A stretch of 63,537 nt of DNA, filler included, from Octopus bimaculoides (GCF_001194135.2; 6 parts of 6 records of this genome joined end to end with filler, not necessarily neighbours in it), one strand, 5' to 3'; counted from the first letter of the whole stretch, positions 37,096 to 50,981 are shown. The notes: generated by a model not told the origin, from the sequence alone. A program made the numbers and translations.

Positions 37096-38488
37096 GTAAA
37101 TAATGTAAATGTCACACTGTGACACAAATATCATTGGGTTCATAATCAGCGACGAGCATCAAAAACCTTCCCGACCCGTCTTGTAACACGGGTCGGGTAG
37201 GTTGCTGTTGCAAGCGAATAAATGTGATTACGTATCTCTTTGTTTCCGAGATAATGCAATTACATTCAAGCCGACAGTAATTAGTGCATTTGGTTTCGTT
37301 AGGACATACCTAAAAGTGACATTCTAGCAACTCTAAGGTTTTCAGAGAAAGAAAATAACCAGCTAGCTAAAATATGTAAGACCCTTCTCAAGTTCAACAT
37401 GTGACATTGCTTTTGTTATTTAGATTCCAACGATGAATTTTAGTATCTTTGTTAGAAACCAACCCCTTCCCTGGTGGAAGAAATCAAATGGTTAAAAAAA
37501 AAGTTCGAAACGCTTAGTTTTAGAATAGTGGCAGCTGATGAAGGAGATGTTCTCTATGTGGCCTGTGTGTTTTCTGTACTCCGTTTATCATTTTGTCCAC
37601 ATTTTTTTTGCAACGTCTTGTACCCAGATATGCATCTATATTTACATGTAGATGTAGGTATGTACATATATGTACGTATATATGCATATACTCATATATA
37701 TANNNNNNNNNNNNNNNNNNNNNNNNNNNNNNNNNNNNNNNNNNNNNNNNNNNNNNNNNNNNNNNNNNNNNNNNNNNNNNNNNNNNNNNNNNNNNNNNNN
37801 NNNNNNNNNNNNNNNNNNNNNNNNNNNNNNNNNNNNNNNNNNNNNNNNNNNNNNNNNNNNNNNNNNNNNNNNNNNNNNNNNNNNNNNNNNNNNNNNNNNN
37901 NNNNNNNNNNNNNNNNNNNNNNNNNNNNNNNNNNNNNNNNNNNNNNNNNNNNNNNNNNNNNNNNNNNNNNNNNNNNNNNNNNNNNNNNNNNNNNNNNNNN
38001 NNNNNNNNNNNNNNNNNNNNNNNNNNNNNNNNATATATATATATATATATATATAACATGTGACAATTAGTTGGTTGACAATTAGTTGGTTGTCATAATA
38101 AAACTCAGAAGTGCTGAAGTCTGCTCCGGCATCTCATCAGTTATTAAGACAAACAAAAACGCTATGAAAAAACCGTTGAATAAAGGGAAATTACTCCAAC
38201 AGGCGTGGGGAAAGTAAAACTTCGTTCACAGAATCAGCATATGCACACATGTACACATATACATACACGTACGCTCGCACATACACACACACACGCACAA
38301 ACAAACATATCCATAAATGATGATTCTCAACCCGTTTGATAACCATCGCTGACAGGCGTGTCATCAATGCTCGTGCAAAGGTTTTAAGTCGAGTGTAGCT
38401 TACACAACACCACAATGACTTTCACTAACAATACCAAAACACCCAGAGACAAGCAAAGTGTAAGATATCTGGCTCAGCAGAGCAGCGG

Positions 38489-38611
38489 TTTTTATATACG
38501 AGTTAGTCTTCTCCTAGACAGAGAGACGTCTTGACAAAGACCAGGGGTCTCTCAATCCCTCTGGGTTTATACCCCACCTCGAACCAATCAACAAATAGAC
38601 TTCACACCAAT
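38489..38611 (-). promoter_or_regulatory. Candidate minus-strand core promoter (TATA plus two CCAAT boxes), possibly for Wnt2
   Basis: TATAAAAA on the minus strand at 38496-38489; CCAAT at 38584-38588 and 38607-38611; locally CpG-richer, non-repetitive sequence. Confidence 0.4.
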
Positions 38612-40310
38612 TGCAGACCGTCCAGTCATTTCGTTTCGAAGTTTTCCAAGTATATGGTACCGATGAGTCACAATTATGGCGAGGTGTCAATATCTATCAA
38701 TGTTGATGATCTCGAGGTGTGTTGTCTCGCCTACTCTGGGACATTCAGTGTTCTTCCACACTCGACGTCGTCCAGGAATCTTTCCCAGCGCGCTATCCCG
38801 CAGCAAATGGGCGTGTAAACAAAACACGCTATGTATGTGCGATCGATAATGTTTACAATATTAAAGCTGCTTTTTATTCTTATGTGTGTGTGTTTGTGTG
38901 TATGTGTGTGTGCGTGCGTGTGTGTGTATACCTACACACACAGACACACACATATATATATGTAATATCACATATGTTCATATATATGTATGTACGTATG
39001 GACATTCATGTATGTGTGTGTATGTGGTGTGTGTGTGTGTGTGTGTGTGTGCGTGTGTGTGTGTGCGTGCACACAGATAGATGTATATGTATCTCTCTCT
39101 TATATATATAAATATATTTATATATATATATGTATATATATATACAATTAAACCTTGGGAGAGGCATTATGCAGGTAATAAACACACGCACTGGTTCAGT
39201 CCTTTATTAATTTATATANNNNNNNNNNNNNNNNNNNNNNNNNNNNNNNNNNNNNNNNNNNNTTAATTAATTAANNNNNNNNNNNNNNNNNNNNNNNNNN
39301 NNNNNNNNNNNNNNNNNNTATACACATACATATATACATATATAAACATTTACTTTTCGTAATGAGATAAAAAATACCAACGGTATGTAGATTTTAGAAC
39401 GTTTATGAATAGAAGGTCTTACACCTGTTTCCATGATATTTATCATATCCCTTTTTATCTTATGACGAACAGTAAATCTTTAAATATACACGTTGATACA
39501 TGACCTACGTTGGACTCCTTACTCGCATAATCACCGAACCTGAAGCTTAACTATGGTCTATCCATACCACTTACACAGCTGTACCGACTGGTATCATACT
39601 ATATTTCATGTTGAGAACAATTTAGGTCTTATTAGACACAAGATGTGATCTATTTCTAGCACATTAAATGTCTACGTTAGTGGTCAACGTCATATATAAA
39701 AACGTACTTTAATCCTCTGAGATTGCAGATACTGTTTCTGAATCTATTTGATTCTTTAAATGTGCTAGCTTCCTGGTAATTAATCGATATTAATTAATAT
39801 ATGATTGTTTACCCTATTTTTTAAAAATATATTAACCCTTACCGAGTTCTCATACTGGATATATGCGACGCAGTAAATATTTTCTGCAGACATATTCCTG
39901 GAATTAGCGCGCCAAAACGAAGACTTTTGAATTTTACCATTAAGCTGTAATTAGCAGAACCATATACACGCGCACCTATGGCAGTGGGCAACTTTGTATG
40001 GGGTTCTGATGATTATGGTTGCATTACAAATCAGGCTGAAGAGAAATAGACAGTCGGTAAGGTTGTTAAATTTTGAAACTGGTNNNNNNNNNNNNNNNNN
40101 NNNNNNNNNNNNNNNNNNNNNNNNNNNNNNNNNNNNNNNNNNNNNNNNNNNNNNNNNNNNNNNNNNNNNNNNNNNNNNNNNNNNNNNNNNNNNNNNNNNN
40201 NNNNNNNNNNNNNNNNNNNNNNNNNNNNNNNNNNNNNNNNNNNNNNNNNNNNNNNNNNNNNNNNNNNNNNNNNNNNNNNNNNNNNNNNNNNNNNNNNNNN
40301 NNNNNNNNNN

Positions 40311-40359
<49 letters not shown>

Positions 40360-40528
40360 CGAGGGAGAGCCAGAAGAGATAAATAAATATATGAATGGAT
40401 GGTTAGATAGGTCATTTACATGATTTGTTACAATCTAGGCATATCAATATGTCGGTATTTTGTATAAACACTTAGTGAGGTTATAGGAAATGGAATTTGA
40501 TTTCTTGGTTGTATAGCGTAAACATGTA

Positions 40529-41790
40529 CAAGGGTTGGACAAAATAATGGAAACACTTAGCATCATAACATCATAAATTTCAAATGTCTATAAAACCGTC
40601 AAAAGCTTCCTTATGTTTATGTTTTTGACTTATTATTAGAGTTACTTAATATGTCTTGCTAAAACAGATGTTTCTTTTCAGATATCATCAGAGACATGTA
40701 ATTAAAACTCATTAAAATGACGAATCTATCGGAATTTCAATGCGGTCAAATTCTTGGTGCTCGTATTGCAGGCGCTAGTGTAAAGAAAGCAGCCTAAATG
40801 GTTGGTGTATCAAGAAGTATTGTCCCGAAAATAATGACAGACTTTGAGTAAGAGGGAAAAACCCCTCGTCGAATCAAAACTCCGGAAGAAAACCAAAATT
40901 TCAGATAGGGACCGTCGGATTCTTACAGGAATTGTTAGAAAGGATCACAAAATAACTGCTCCCGAAATTACTGCAGTGCTCAATGATCATCTTCGAGAAA
41001 CCTATTTCCACAAAAACTGTTCGCTGGTAGCTGCACAAAGCCGGATTTCACGGGAGGGCTGCAATCAGAAAACCACTACTTTCAAAAACAAACGGTGAAA
41101 AGTGTTTAAATTGGTGTAAAAATCCCTAGAGCAGTAGAAGAATGTTATTTTCTCGGGCGAGTCATTCTTAACCTTATTTCCGACCACCGCCCGAGTATAC
41201 GTGTGGAGACAGCTAAAGGAAGTATTTGACCCAGGCTGCTTTCTTCCAACTGATAAACAAGGTGGAGGATCTGTGATGATCTGGGGCGTGGCTATATCTT
41301 GGAAATCCGCCAGCCCAATGGTTTCCTTTCATGGCAGAATTGATAAGTGAAATCTATTTAAGAATTTTATCTGATCCAATTCAACCTATATTAGCGGAAG
41401 CGTTTCCGAAGGGAAACGCAATCTTTCAGCATAATAATGCACCAATTCACACAGTTACAGATGTTACTGAATACCACGAGGAATATTCTTGTAAAGTTGA
41501 AGATCTTTTCTGGCCACCACAGTCCCCAAATTTCAATATTATTGAACATTTATGGTGAATTTTAGAACAACGAGTAAGGAGTCAATATAGTCTACCATCG
41601 TCACTACAAGAACTGGAGACTGTGTTAGCTGAAGAATGGAGAAACTTTCCTTTGGAAACATTTCAAACTTTGTACGAGTCTATTCCTTGTAGGATTCAAA
41701 CTGTAATTAGTACCAAGTATTGTCCTACCCCATATTAAAATATATTTGTTTGAACTTTTAAGGTGTTTCCATTATTGTGTCCAACCCCTG
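40529..41790 (+). mobile_element. Tc1-like DNA transposon, near full length, degenerate
   Basis: Terminal repeats CAAGGGTTGGACAAAATAATGGAAACAC and GTGTTTCCATTATTGTGTCCAACCCCTG, left TA. Relic MTNLSEFQCGQILGAR...FQHNNAPIH...WPPQSPNFNIIEHLW. Confidence 0.92.
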
Positions 41791-42495
41791 TTTATGTACT
41801 TACACACTCTTGTGAATTTTGAACTCCACTTTTGTTCTTTTACATTGACAATTTTCTATCTAAATTGGCTATGTACCTAAAATTCATAGCTTTATCATCT
41901 TTGAATTCTTCTGTTAGCGATGAATCATGTCGAGTTCTCTCAATATTTCAAAATTCATTATATTCCGAATAACATTATTTCATTTGTACATGGATTGTAA
42001 GAGAACGTCAACATCACTATTCCACTCTGGAAAATTCGACCGTGCTCATTCAATGCCTAAGTCCAATACCGACATGAAAAATATTCAAAGTCCTTGCTGA
42101 GGCGCCCAAAATTGAATTCATAGGTAGAAGTAGTGTATTTGTAACAGAATAATCCCATAAGTTATGTTTAGGTATTAACTATACATCAAACAGATTACTA
42201 AAGCTGTATCTTCTGTTCCGAAATGTGTGGAAATAATAAGCTTATCTCAAAATGCCGAAAGTTCGTACACAGCTTTTCTGTCGAGATACTTTGCAGTTTT
42301 GTACCAATTATGCCCTGTTGTCTTTTAATAATTGCCAAATTCTCGAAGCAGTTGTGCATTCTTTTATTTTAAAATTCATGCTCGTGAGAAAATTGCTTTC
42401 GTGAAAGATGCCAAAATGAAAGATGACCAAGACAACAATTAGAATTAGGAACATTTATATTCTGATAAACACTTTTTCCCCATATATGTAATATA

Positions 42496-43120
42496 CAGGG
42501 TCCGCCAAAAGTAACTGTATATTTTTATTTCAACATGATACATGTAGCATAGAAGAATTAAGCTACTACAATACAGAAAGTAACACAGGGTACACTGAAG
42601 TTTGTTTCAACATAAAACGTGATGTTAATTAAAGTTCCGTGTGCTCTGCGTGGAGTTCAATGCACTTTGTTAATCTTTCAGGGACTGAGCGGCATATGTT
42701 GGTGCACAGCTCCAACGGCACTTGAGCAATGGCAGCTCGAATGTGTTCCTTAACTTCAGCAGTGTTGCGGGACTTTGTTGAGTAGACTTTCTCTTTGAGA
42801 ACGCCCCACAGGAAAAAATCGGGTGGGGTCAAATCCGGCGAACGATACGGCCATTCAAGCGGTCCTCGCCTGCCAATCCATCGACAGGGCAGGTTGGTGT
42901 CCAGCCAGTCTCGCACAAGTGTAGCATAATGAGCCGTGCCCCGTCCTGCTGAAAGTGCAGACCCTCTGCTCCTTCCTGCTGTTGTAATAACGGCAAAAGC
43001 AGCTTCTGTAGCATAGCCATTTCAAAACCGCAATCTTGTGCTCTCTTGTTAATCGGGTGGACATAATTTTATTGCCGTTTTTATGCAAGATTCAGGACTA
43101 TAGTGTGTTTACAGTTACTA
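42496..43120 (-). mobile_element. IS630-Tc1-mariner transposon 3' fragment
   Basis: FQQDGA...WIGRRGPLEWPYRSPDLTPPDFFLWGVLKEKVY; terminus TA|CAGGGTCCGCCAAAAGTAACT at 42496. Confidence 0.88.
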
Positions 43121-45009
43121 ATATTGGAGTGAGATTTAAAAGAATTCGACAATTACGTCAAGGTACAGAGCATTGGACATTTTTGAAGGACTCTGTGATT
43201 CTGCTGATATTTGGTGTGTATTTTGCTGTTACCGAACATAACAGGATTAATATGTATATAAGAGAAATCTTCAATATCGTGCTTGCAGACGCAAACATAT
43301 CTGTGTCTCCAGTATAATAATGTAGGGAAGATGAAATCCTTACTTAAAAATGTTCCCAGTTGTGTATAATCTACTGTTTTAGCTTTCACCTTGACTACGA
43401 AATAATATCATGCAGAAACACGATTAGAGTTTGTAGCGTTAAAACATTTACTGCATGCACAAAAAGATAAATTTCTTAACCTCTCACGGAACACATTATT
43501 CCAGATAATATTACACGCCTCAATTTCAGCAAAAACTCACACCTAAAAGAGAACGTACGATCGAGAGAGGAAAAGACGTTGATCTGGAATTAAATTATCA
43601 GTCTCATGAGACTCCTCGTGATAGAAGTATATACGAAACTGACGACAAACTGTGAGAGTTATTCCAGTGCCAAGGCACTAATCAGATATACATGCTGAAA
43701 AAGAAGAAAGCAAAACCTAACAATCATCTTAAACTTGTTCTACAGGTTTTGAATATCCATACTAAAAATGTAGCTTCAAAACGTGATAAGAGCAAACTCA
43801 TTTAAGAAGAAACCCTATACTTTACAACATAAAAACAAAATGAAAAATGTAGCAAGCGATAACAGCAAATTCTTCAGAATTAAGAAATACTAACACTGTA
43901 CAATCAAAAATTAAACTCAGCTAAATTATGCTATAAATATGAAAATATGATCTGTTCTTCTTCTTTGGTATGCATAACACAACATACAACAATGGAAACA
44001 GTAAACTTTACAAATATTTGTCTCTCTTCAATTGACAACCACTGCAAAGATTAATTTAGTACACACAAGATATAAACAGCCGGACAGTCAAAGAGGCTAG
44101 CGAAATATTTGGTAGGAATTGAGCAAAAATAAAATGAAAAAATCGCCATCTCCTGAAATGAATGTAGAATGACGCTTTACCCATGAGAGAACGATCGTTA
44201 AAATAGTATCTGCGCTCCATTAGAGAGAATAAACACACACACACACACACACACACAGGCAGACGTACACATGAACACGCAAACACACGTACACGCAAAC
44301 ACACCCACACACATATGTTCCAAATGATAGATACGGAAAAGAGAGTTTACTGGAAATTGTATCACAACGATCGTTTCGGCACAGTTCTTTAATGTTCTCT
44401 TGTGGGTGGATATGACATAATGAAATCGAATGCACCCACACTATATATCCGTGTGTGTCTGTGTGTGTCATTGTGTATATGTACATGTATGCATGTGTGC
44501 ACATGTATATATGTATATAGGTGTGTGTGTGCGTGTGCGTATGTATGTGTATTTGTAAGCATACATATATACACAAACAAATATATATATATATATANNN
44601 NNNNNNNNNNNNNNNNNNNNNNNNNNNNNNNNNNNNNNNNNNNNNNNNNNNNNATATATACAGCTGGAAATTACAAAAAACATAAATACGAAGACGAAGG
44701 CGGGTGTGTAAACAACAAACAGATATATTATTTCAAAGCTCGGCATGTGAAAAAGTATTTTACGTTTCGAGCCTACGCGCTTCGATTGGAAAGAACACAA
44801 GTAAATAAGCAGAGATAGAAAATTTTAAAAAAAGCTTTAGAGGCTAGCGTTCTGTCATAGCGAAGGCTGGATGGTTTCCCAAAATTAACGCAACCGAAGT
44901 TTCGGGCTTTAATAACTGTTTATAGATAAATGTGAGAAAATATGAAACTTATTCATCATTACAAAATCTTAGTGGTTTTCCCTTTTTGTTTACACTAAAT
45001 AAATTCAGA

Positions 45010-46060
45010 GTTATTAATTAGATATCGGCTATAGAGTGAAATACAGTTATAATCCTCCATAAAGAAGGAGTAAGTAATACAGCCATTGAAAAAAATGCTT
45101 AAGATTAACCTAATGGAACACCAGTCTGGAAAATTGTCACCAAATTTAAATAGACTGGTTCCACCTCTGATGGATCTGAAAGTGGCCGAATAAGAAATAT
45201 GTAGACAGCTCAGCTTAGTAAAAGTACCATAGAAAAGATACGGGGAACTCGTCGTTCTGGCTGAAAACTATCTGCCACAGCAAAAATGAGCCGAACATCG
45301 ATGTATCCGAGTGCGTAAAGAGGATCTCATGACCCACCCCTACGAGATAATCCTCCGTTATGAGCTCACGTTAAGGCCATGAAATTGGAAAGAAGTCATT
45401 TTAACCTGCGTCCGATTGCTGAAGGCAAGCAGCCCAAACTGGTGTTTGGTGATGACAGTAAATTTGACATCGAACAGACAGTAACAAATAGAATGAAAGA
45501 TTTTGGAGTGCATCTGGTTCCATCAAGTGTAGACTCGTAAATAGACGTCAAATATCCATAGTCAGTTACGGTTTGGGCGACTACGACAACCAGTTGAATG
45601 TTTCTTCTCATTGTGTGCCCTTGTGTATTACAATGAATGTCCAGCAATACATTAGTGACATTACGGAAGTTGAACTGCATCCAGTGGTTAATGGGAACCT
45701 TCAAGGCACACCTTTGAGCCTTCTACAGGACTTAGCACCATCCCATAACTCCAAACAGGCACAACACTAGATTCAGTCATTCATAGGCACGGATGTAAGG
45801 CCCTCAAGTAGCCCTGATCTCAACCCATTCGATATTTTTCTGTTTGGTCTGTATTGGAGACTAGGTCTGAAGCACTCCTTACACTATGCTCGACTCTCTG
45901 AAAGCAAAACTACACAAGGAATGGTCCTCAAGAATTGATGTGTGCACCAGGAATGGTCCTCAAGAATAAGTGTGTGCCGCGTGTGAAGGATACGCACCTG
46001 GATTTAACGCTGTGATTCGAAAGAGAGGTGGTCATATCGAATAAATGTGGTAGCGTTATA
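45010..46060 (+). mobile_element. Highly degenerate Tc1/mariner relic
   Basis: QDLAPSHNSKQAQ, SSPDLNPFD and GGHIE* motifs in broken frames; boundaries approximate. Confidence 0.7.
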
Positions 46061-46429
46061 TTTCTCCTTCCATTACGATTCCAGTGCAACACTCGGACAT
46101 ATATGGTTATGTGACACAACCCATTCTCCACCACCACCACATTTGCACATCTCCAACGTCAACATCACCATTTCCAACTTCGCCATTATCATCACCACCG
46201 ACAACGCCAAAACTTCAACCATTGCTGCGACAACCGCTAACATCACACCTACCATCACCACCACTAATCCACCGCCACCATCTTAATGAAATCAGCAATT
46301 TTTTCGTCGCCATCCTTGTAACTCTATTCACCGCTATCGTCACCGAAAATGTCCTTATTATTTACGATGAATTAGTGCTCAGCAATGTCTCGTGGTCGTT
46401 CTTTTTACAAACACACACAAGCATGCATT

Positions 46430-46690
46430 CATTATTACTATTATTATTATTATTATTATCATTATTCAGTAGTTTTATTTTTATAACGTGCTTTCACTTC
46501 ACTACCGAGCGCAGTTCTGTGCGCCTTGGGTATGTGATGTGGTGCTCTTATGTTTACTGTATTGAAAGTGTTTTGCGTAGAATGTGTGCAGTACCCAGTA
46601 GTGCAATTTTCTGTATGTTATATATATTTGTAAGTCCTGGTGTGTTTGTTATGTATTTGTCTGAATATTTTTTTATTATGCCTAAGGCAC
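46430..46690 (-). mobile_element. 3' end of a restriction-like-endonuclease (R2/R4/NeSL-type) LINE with (TAA)n tail
   Basis: Minus strand YNIQKIALLGTAHILRKTLSIQ* followed by a short UTR and aataataat tail. Confidence 0.7.
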
Positions 46691-47732
46691 CTACNNNNNN
46701 NNNNNNNNNNNNNNNNNNNNNNNNNNNNNNNNNNNNNNTTAATTAATTAANNNNNNNNNNNNNNNNNNNNNNNNNNNNNNNNNNNNNNNNNNNNTATGTT
46801 TATATCACTTCAACCAGTAATTTTGTTGCTTCTGTCCAAATGTAATTCCAACAATCATTCACTATTCCTTTCATATATACATACATAGATATTATCAGAA
46901 ATATCAGGCAAATAAACAGAAGGAAAGAAAGAATCTTTTTTTCTATAACGATGAAATTCGGTGGCCATGGCTAGATGTATTAATTTTATGCTACACCCTT
47001 CTATATCATGTGACTACTGACTGACACTGTTCAACATGAAGAGCGTACACAACAACGCATTCAAGCTGCTGCCATACTGCAAACAATGTGTGTCGCATTG
47101 TCACAGAATGACCTGACTAAACTGAAATCTATAGATTACATGCTTAACATTCCACTGGTCACTCTCTCTCTCTGCCACAATTCTGCTAAAGCAGAGAGAG
47201 AGAGAGAGAGAGATGACCAGGAGAACTATATAAATTATGTTCAACCCCCCCGCTGCCACTGCTGCAGCCACCATAACCACCACCACCACCATCAACACAA
47301 TCACCACAACTACAACCAACTCGACAACCAGCACAGTCACTATCAACACCACCAACACCACAACTACCACCACCACCACCACCGCTACCATCAGCACCAC
47401 TATTACCACAACCACCACAACTAGAACCAACACTACAACCACCACAACCATCACAACTACCACCACCACCACCACCACCACCACTACCTCTGCTGCCACT
47501 GCTGCCATCAGCACCACATGACCACCAAAAGAAAGAGCATATGCATGGTTGTTCAGCATGCTAGAAATAGCAACCAATTCCTCTCTCTAAAATCACTCAT
47601 TGCAACCTCTTGCAGGACACATAAGATAATGAAGCCCTGGGCACCTAAAACAGACAGGATGGTCATGGCCGATCATAGGTCTGATCACAAGTCTTGTCAA
47701 CTTGATGAGGGTTTGAGTTTTAGTGGAACTAA

Positions 47733-47789
<57 letters not shown>

Positions 47790-48162
47790 TCTTCTTCACT
47801 ATTTTTCTTCTTTTTCATCTTTTTCTCTTTTTTAATCTTCCTCTTCATTTTTTAATCTTCCTCTTCATTTTGTAATCTTCCTCTTCATTTCCTCTTCATT
47901 CTTCTTCTTCTCATTATTATTATTATTATTAATATGTTAGTGCGCAGTTACCAACGTACACCTGGATCAGGTCAGATTGGTGCAGGTCCTGCATGCTGAT
48001 CCAGAGTGTTCTGCTATTAAATCTTTCACTGGCTACTCGCTTGTTCCATATTATGGTTCTGCTAAGGCAACAGTAGTCGCAGGAACTCTTGCAACTGTCT
48101 GCTGAATTGTGCAGTCTATTAAAAGATGTTTAAACTATATAATGGTATACATACATACATTC

Positions 48163-48193
<31 letters not shown>

Positions 48194-48244
48194 ATCTATC
48201 TATCTATCTACCTTGATATCATATATATATATATATATATATAA

Positions 48245-48280
<36 letters not shown>

Positions 48281-49024
48281 NNNNNNNNNNNNNNNNNNNN
48301 NNNNNNNNNNNNNNNNNNNNNNNNNNNNNNNNNNNNNNNNNNNNNNNNNNNNNNNNNNNNNNNNNNNNNNNNNNNNNNNNNNNNNNNNNNNNNNNNNNNN
48401 NNNNNNNNNNNNNNNNNNNNNNNNNNNNNNNNNNNNNNNNNNNNNNNNNNNNNNNNNNNNNNNNNNNNNNNNNNNNNNNNNNNNNNNNNNNNNNNNNNNN
48501 NNNNNNNNNNNNNNNNNNNNNNNNNNNNNNNNNNNNNNNNNNNNNNNNNNNNNNNNNNNNNNNNNNNNNNNNNNNNNNNNNNNNNNNNNNNNNNNNNNNN
48601 NNNNNNNNNNNNNNNNNNNNNNNNNNNNNNNNNNNNNNNNNNNNNNNNNNNNNNNNNNNNNNNNNNNNNNNNNNNNNNNNNNNNNNNNNNNNNNNNNNNN
48701 NNNNNNNNNNNNNNNNNNNNNNNNNNNNNNNNNNNNNNNNNNNNNNNNNNNNNNNNNNNNNNNNNNNAAGAGAATACACACACACACACACACACACACA
48801 CGTACATGCATTATATATATTTTACTTGTTTTAGTCATCGAACTGTGGCCATGCTAGAGCACCACTGAAAAGTTTGGGTCAAATGAATTGAATTGAATTT
48901 CTTTTTTTTGTTTAAGCCTAGTTTTTATTCTATTGGTTATTCCTGCCAAATCGCTAAGATATTGGGATGTAAACAAACCAATACCAGTGGTCAATTTTTG
49001 ATGGAGACAAACACAGATATACAG

Positions 49025-49057
<33 letters not shown>

Positions 49058-49059
49058 TA

Positions 49060-49192
49060 TTAGGTCATCAAGTATGAAATTTGTAGAAAAGAAAAAAAAA
49101 TTTGCTAATGTTTAATAAATACAAGGAATAGTTTTATTCATCAAAGTATGCACCCAAATTGCCTGTAAAATTTTGGAAGGCCTATTTTACAG

Positions 49193-49252
<60 letters not shown>

Positions 49253-50430
49253 TGTTTAACGTCTGCTTTCCATGCTAGCATGGGTTGGACGATTTGACTG
49301 AGGACTGGCAAGCCAGAAGGCTGCACCAGGCTCCAATCTGATCTGGCAGAGTTTCTACAGCTGGTTGCCCTTCCTAACGCCAACCACTCCAAGAGTGTAG
49401 TGGATGCTTAAATTTTTTTCCTATCAAGAAGTTATCCAAATTCTGGAAGAATTGGTAGTCGGTGGGGGTAAGATCAGTTGAGTATGGTACATGATGGAGA
49501 ACTTCCAACTCCAACTCCTGTAGTTTCGCCAATGCCATTTTTGCGATGTGTGGTCTGGAGTTGTCTTGCAATAAGATAGGAGTGGATCTGTTGACTAATC
49601 TAGGCTGTTTTTAGTAAGTTTCTGCATCATTTGGTCCAGTTGGTTGCAGTATACTTCGGCCGTGATTGATGAGCCAGGTTTAATGAAATCGTAATGGATC
49701 AAACCTGTGCCAGACCACCAAACACACACCATCAGCTTCTTTTGATGAATTTTGCTTTTTGGACTGTGTTTTGGTGTCTCGTCTTTGTCCAACCATTGTG
49801 CTGAACATTTATGGTTCTTGTATTGGATCCATTTCTTATCAAATGTTACAATTCGATTCAAAAATGATTCATTTTTGTGACAAGAAAGTAGCATAATGCA
49901 GGCTTCCAAACATTGCTGTTTCTGATTTTCATTGAGTTCATGTGGAACCCACTCATCCAACTTTTTCACTTTACCGACTTGAACTAGGCGAGTCAATATA
50001 GTTTGCTTGCTAACACCAAACAACAATGATAAATCATAGGCACTTCGAGATGGATCTGAGTCGACGGTGGCTTTCAGTTCGTCATTATCTACCTTTGTTT
50101 CTGGTCGACTGCATTGCTCATTTGTGAGGTCAAAGTTACCAGAACGAAACTTTGCAAACCAATTTGATACTGTCTGCTGTGTAATAACATTAGAATGAAA
50201 TTCTCCATTAATATTCCAAGCTGCCTGTGATGCTGTATTTCCAAGAAAGAACTCATATTTCAAAACTGTACAAATGTGTGTGTCTATATATTCGGTCATT
50301 CATGACCGAAGAGGGTCACCCATTTTTATATCTGATCATGTTTCCTTTCTCCGTGTATGACAGTTGCCAGTTTGTTTCGTATAGAGGCATGTAGAAATCC
50401 TACTGAAAATTTCATAGCTCAGACCCTTAT
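49060..50430 (-). mobile_element. Mariner (Hsmar1/SETMAR-transposase-like), interrupted by an RTE-type repeat
   Basis: ORF 50299-49595 with WVPHEL and WIQY motifs, continuing QDNSRPH...PYSTDLTPTDY. TA|TTAGGTCATCAAGTATGAAAT terminus at 49060 and a degenerate partner near 50410-50430. Confidence 0.9.
49193..49408 (-). mobile_element. 5'-truncated RTE-type (GAT)n-tailed insertion inside the mariner
   Basis: Family tail interrupts mariner GKKF...DDAVK. Confidence 0.85.
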
Positions 50431-50941
50431 TATTATTATTTGTTTGTTTTTGTTTTTATTTCTGTTTGTCATGAAGCATTTTGGCATGAGGAAATTCCAA
50501 ACTATTGTTGGTGGCAGCAACAGTGACAGGGATGAATTGTATTTGAGTAGTAGATCTGTAAGTTAGTAATTGAGATTTTTCATCTTGATGGGTGCACTGA
50601 CAGCTGCCTGAGGTGGCTGGTCATGCCGATGGGGGTAGAGAAGGGCCAGGCTGGGGGGAACATGGCTGGGGTGGGGTTGGAGGTGGGGGCATTTATCACA
50701 GGGGAGAGAGTTGGGTGGGGTACGAGGGAGTGCAAGTCTATGCCAGACACTGTACCGAAGCCATCACCACCACCATCACCACTGTCGCCGCCACCATCAT
50801 CTCCACCATCACCACTAGTATTGTCCCTACTATTACTGCCATTGAGGCTGTCACCATATCTACTTTGGTGTGTGAAGGTATTAAAGAAAGGATTAGAAAC
50901 TATGTGTGCGAGTACACTTGTGTAAATATATAAGCACATCC

Positions 50942-50981
<40 letters not shown>

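Noticed and set aside
37502-37550. GAAAC...CTGATGA motifs as hammerheads (also about 10990-11035 minus and 5318-5340)
   Set aside because: The core elements are in permuted order without the needed stems or a GUH triplet; treated only as Penelope-like terminal remnants.
49595-50299. Domesticated SETMAR gene
   Set aside because: No SET domain; the transposase is broken by a stop/frameshift and a retro-insertion and is flanked by terminal repeats, so it is a dead mariner.
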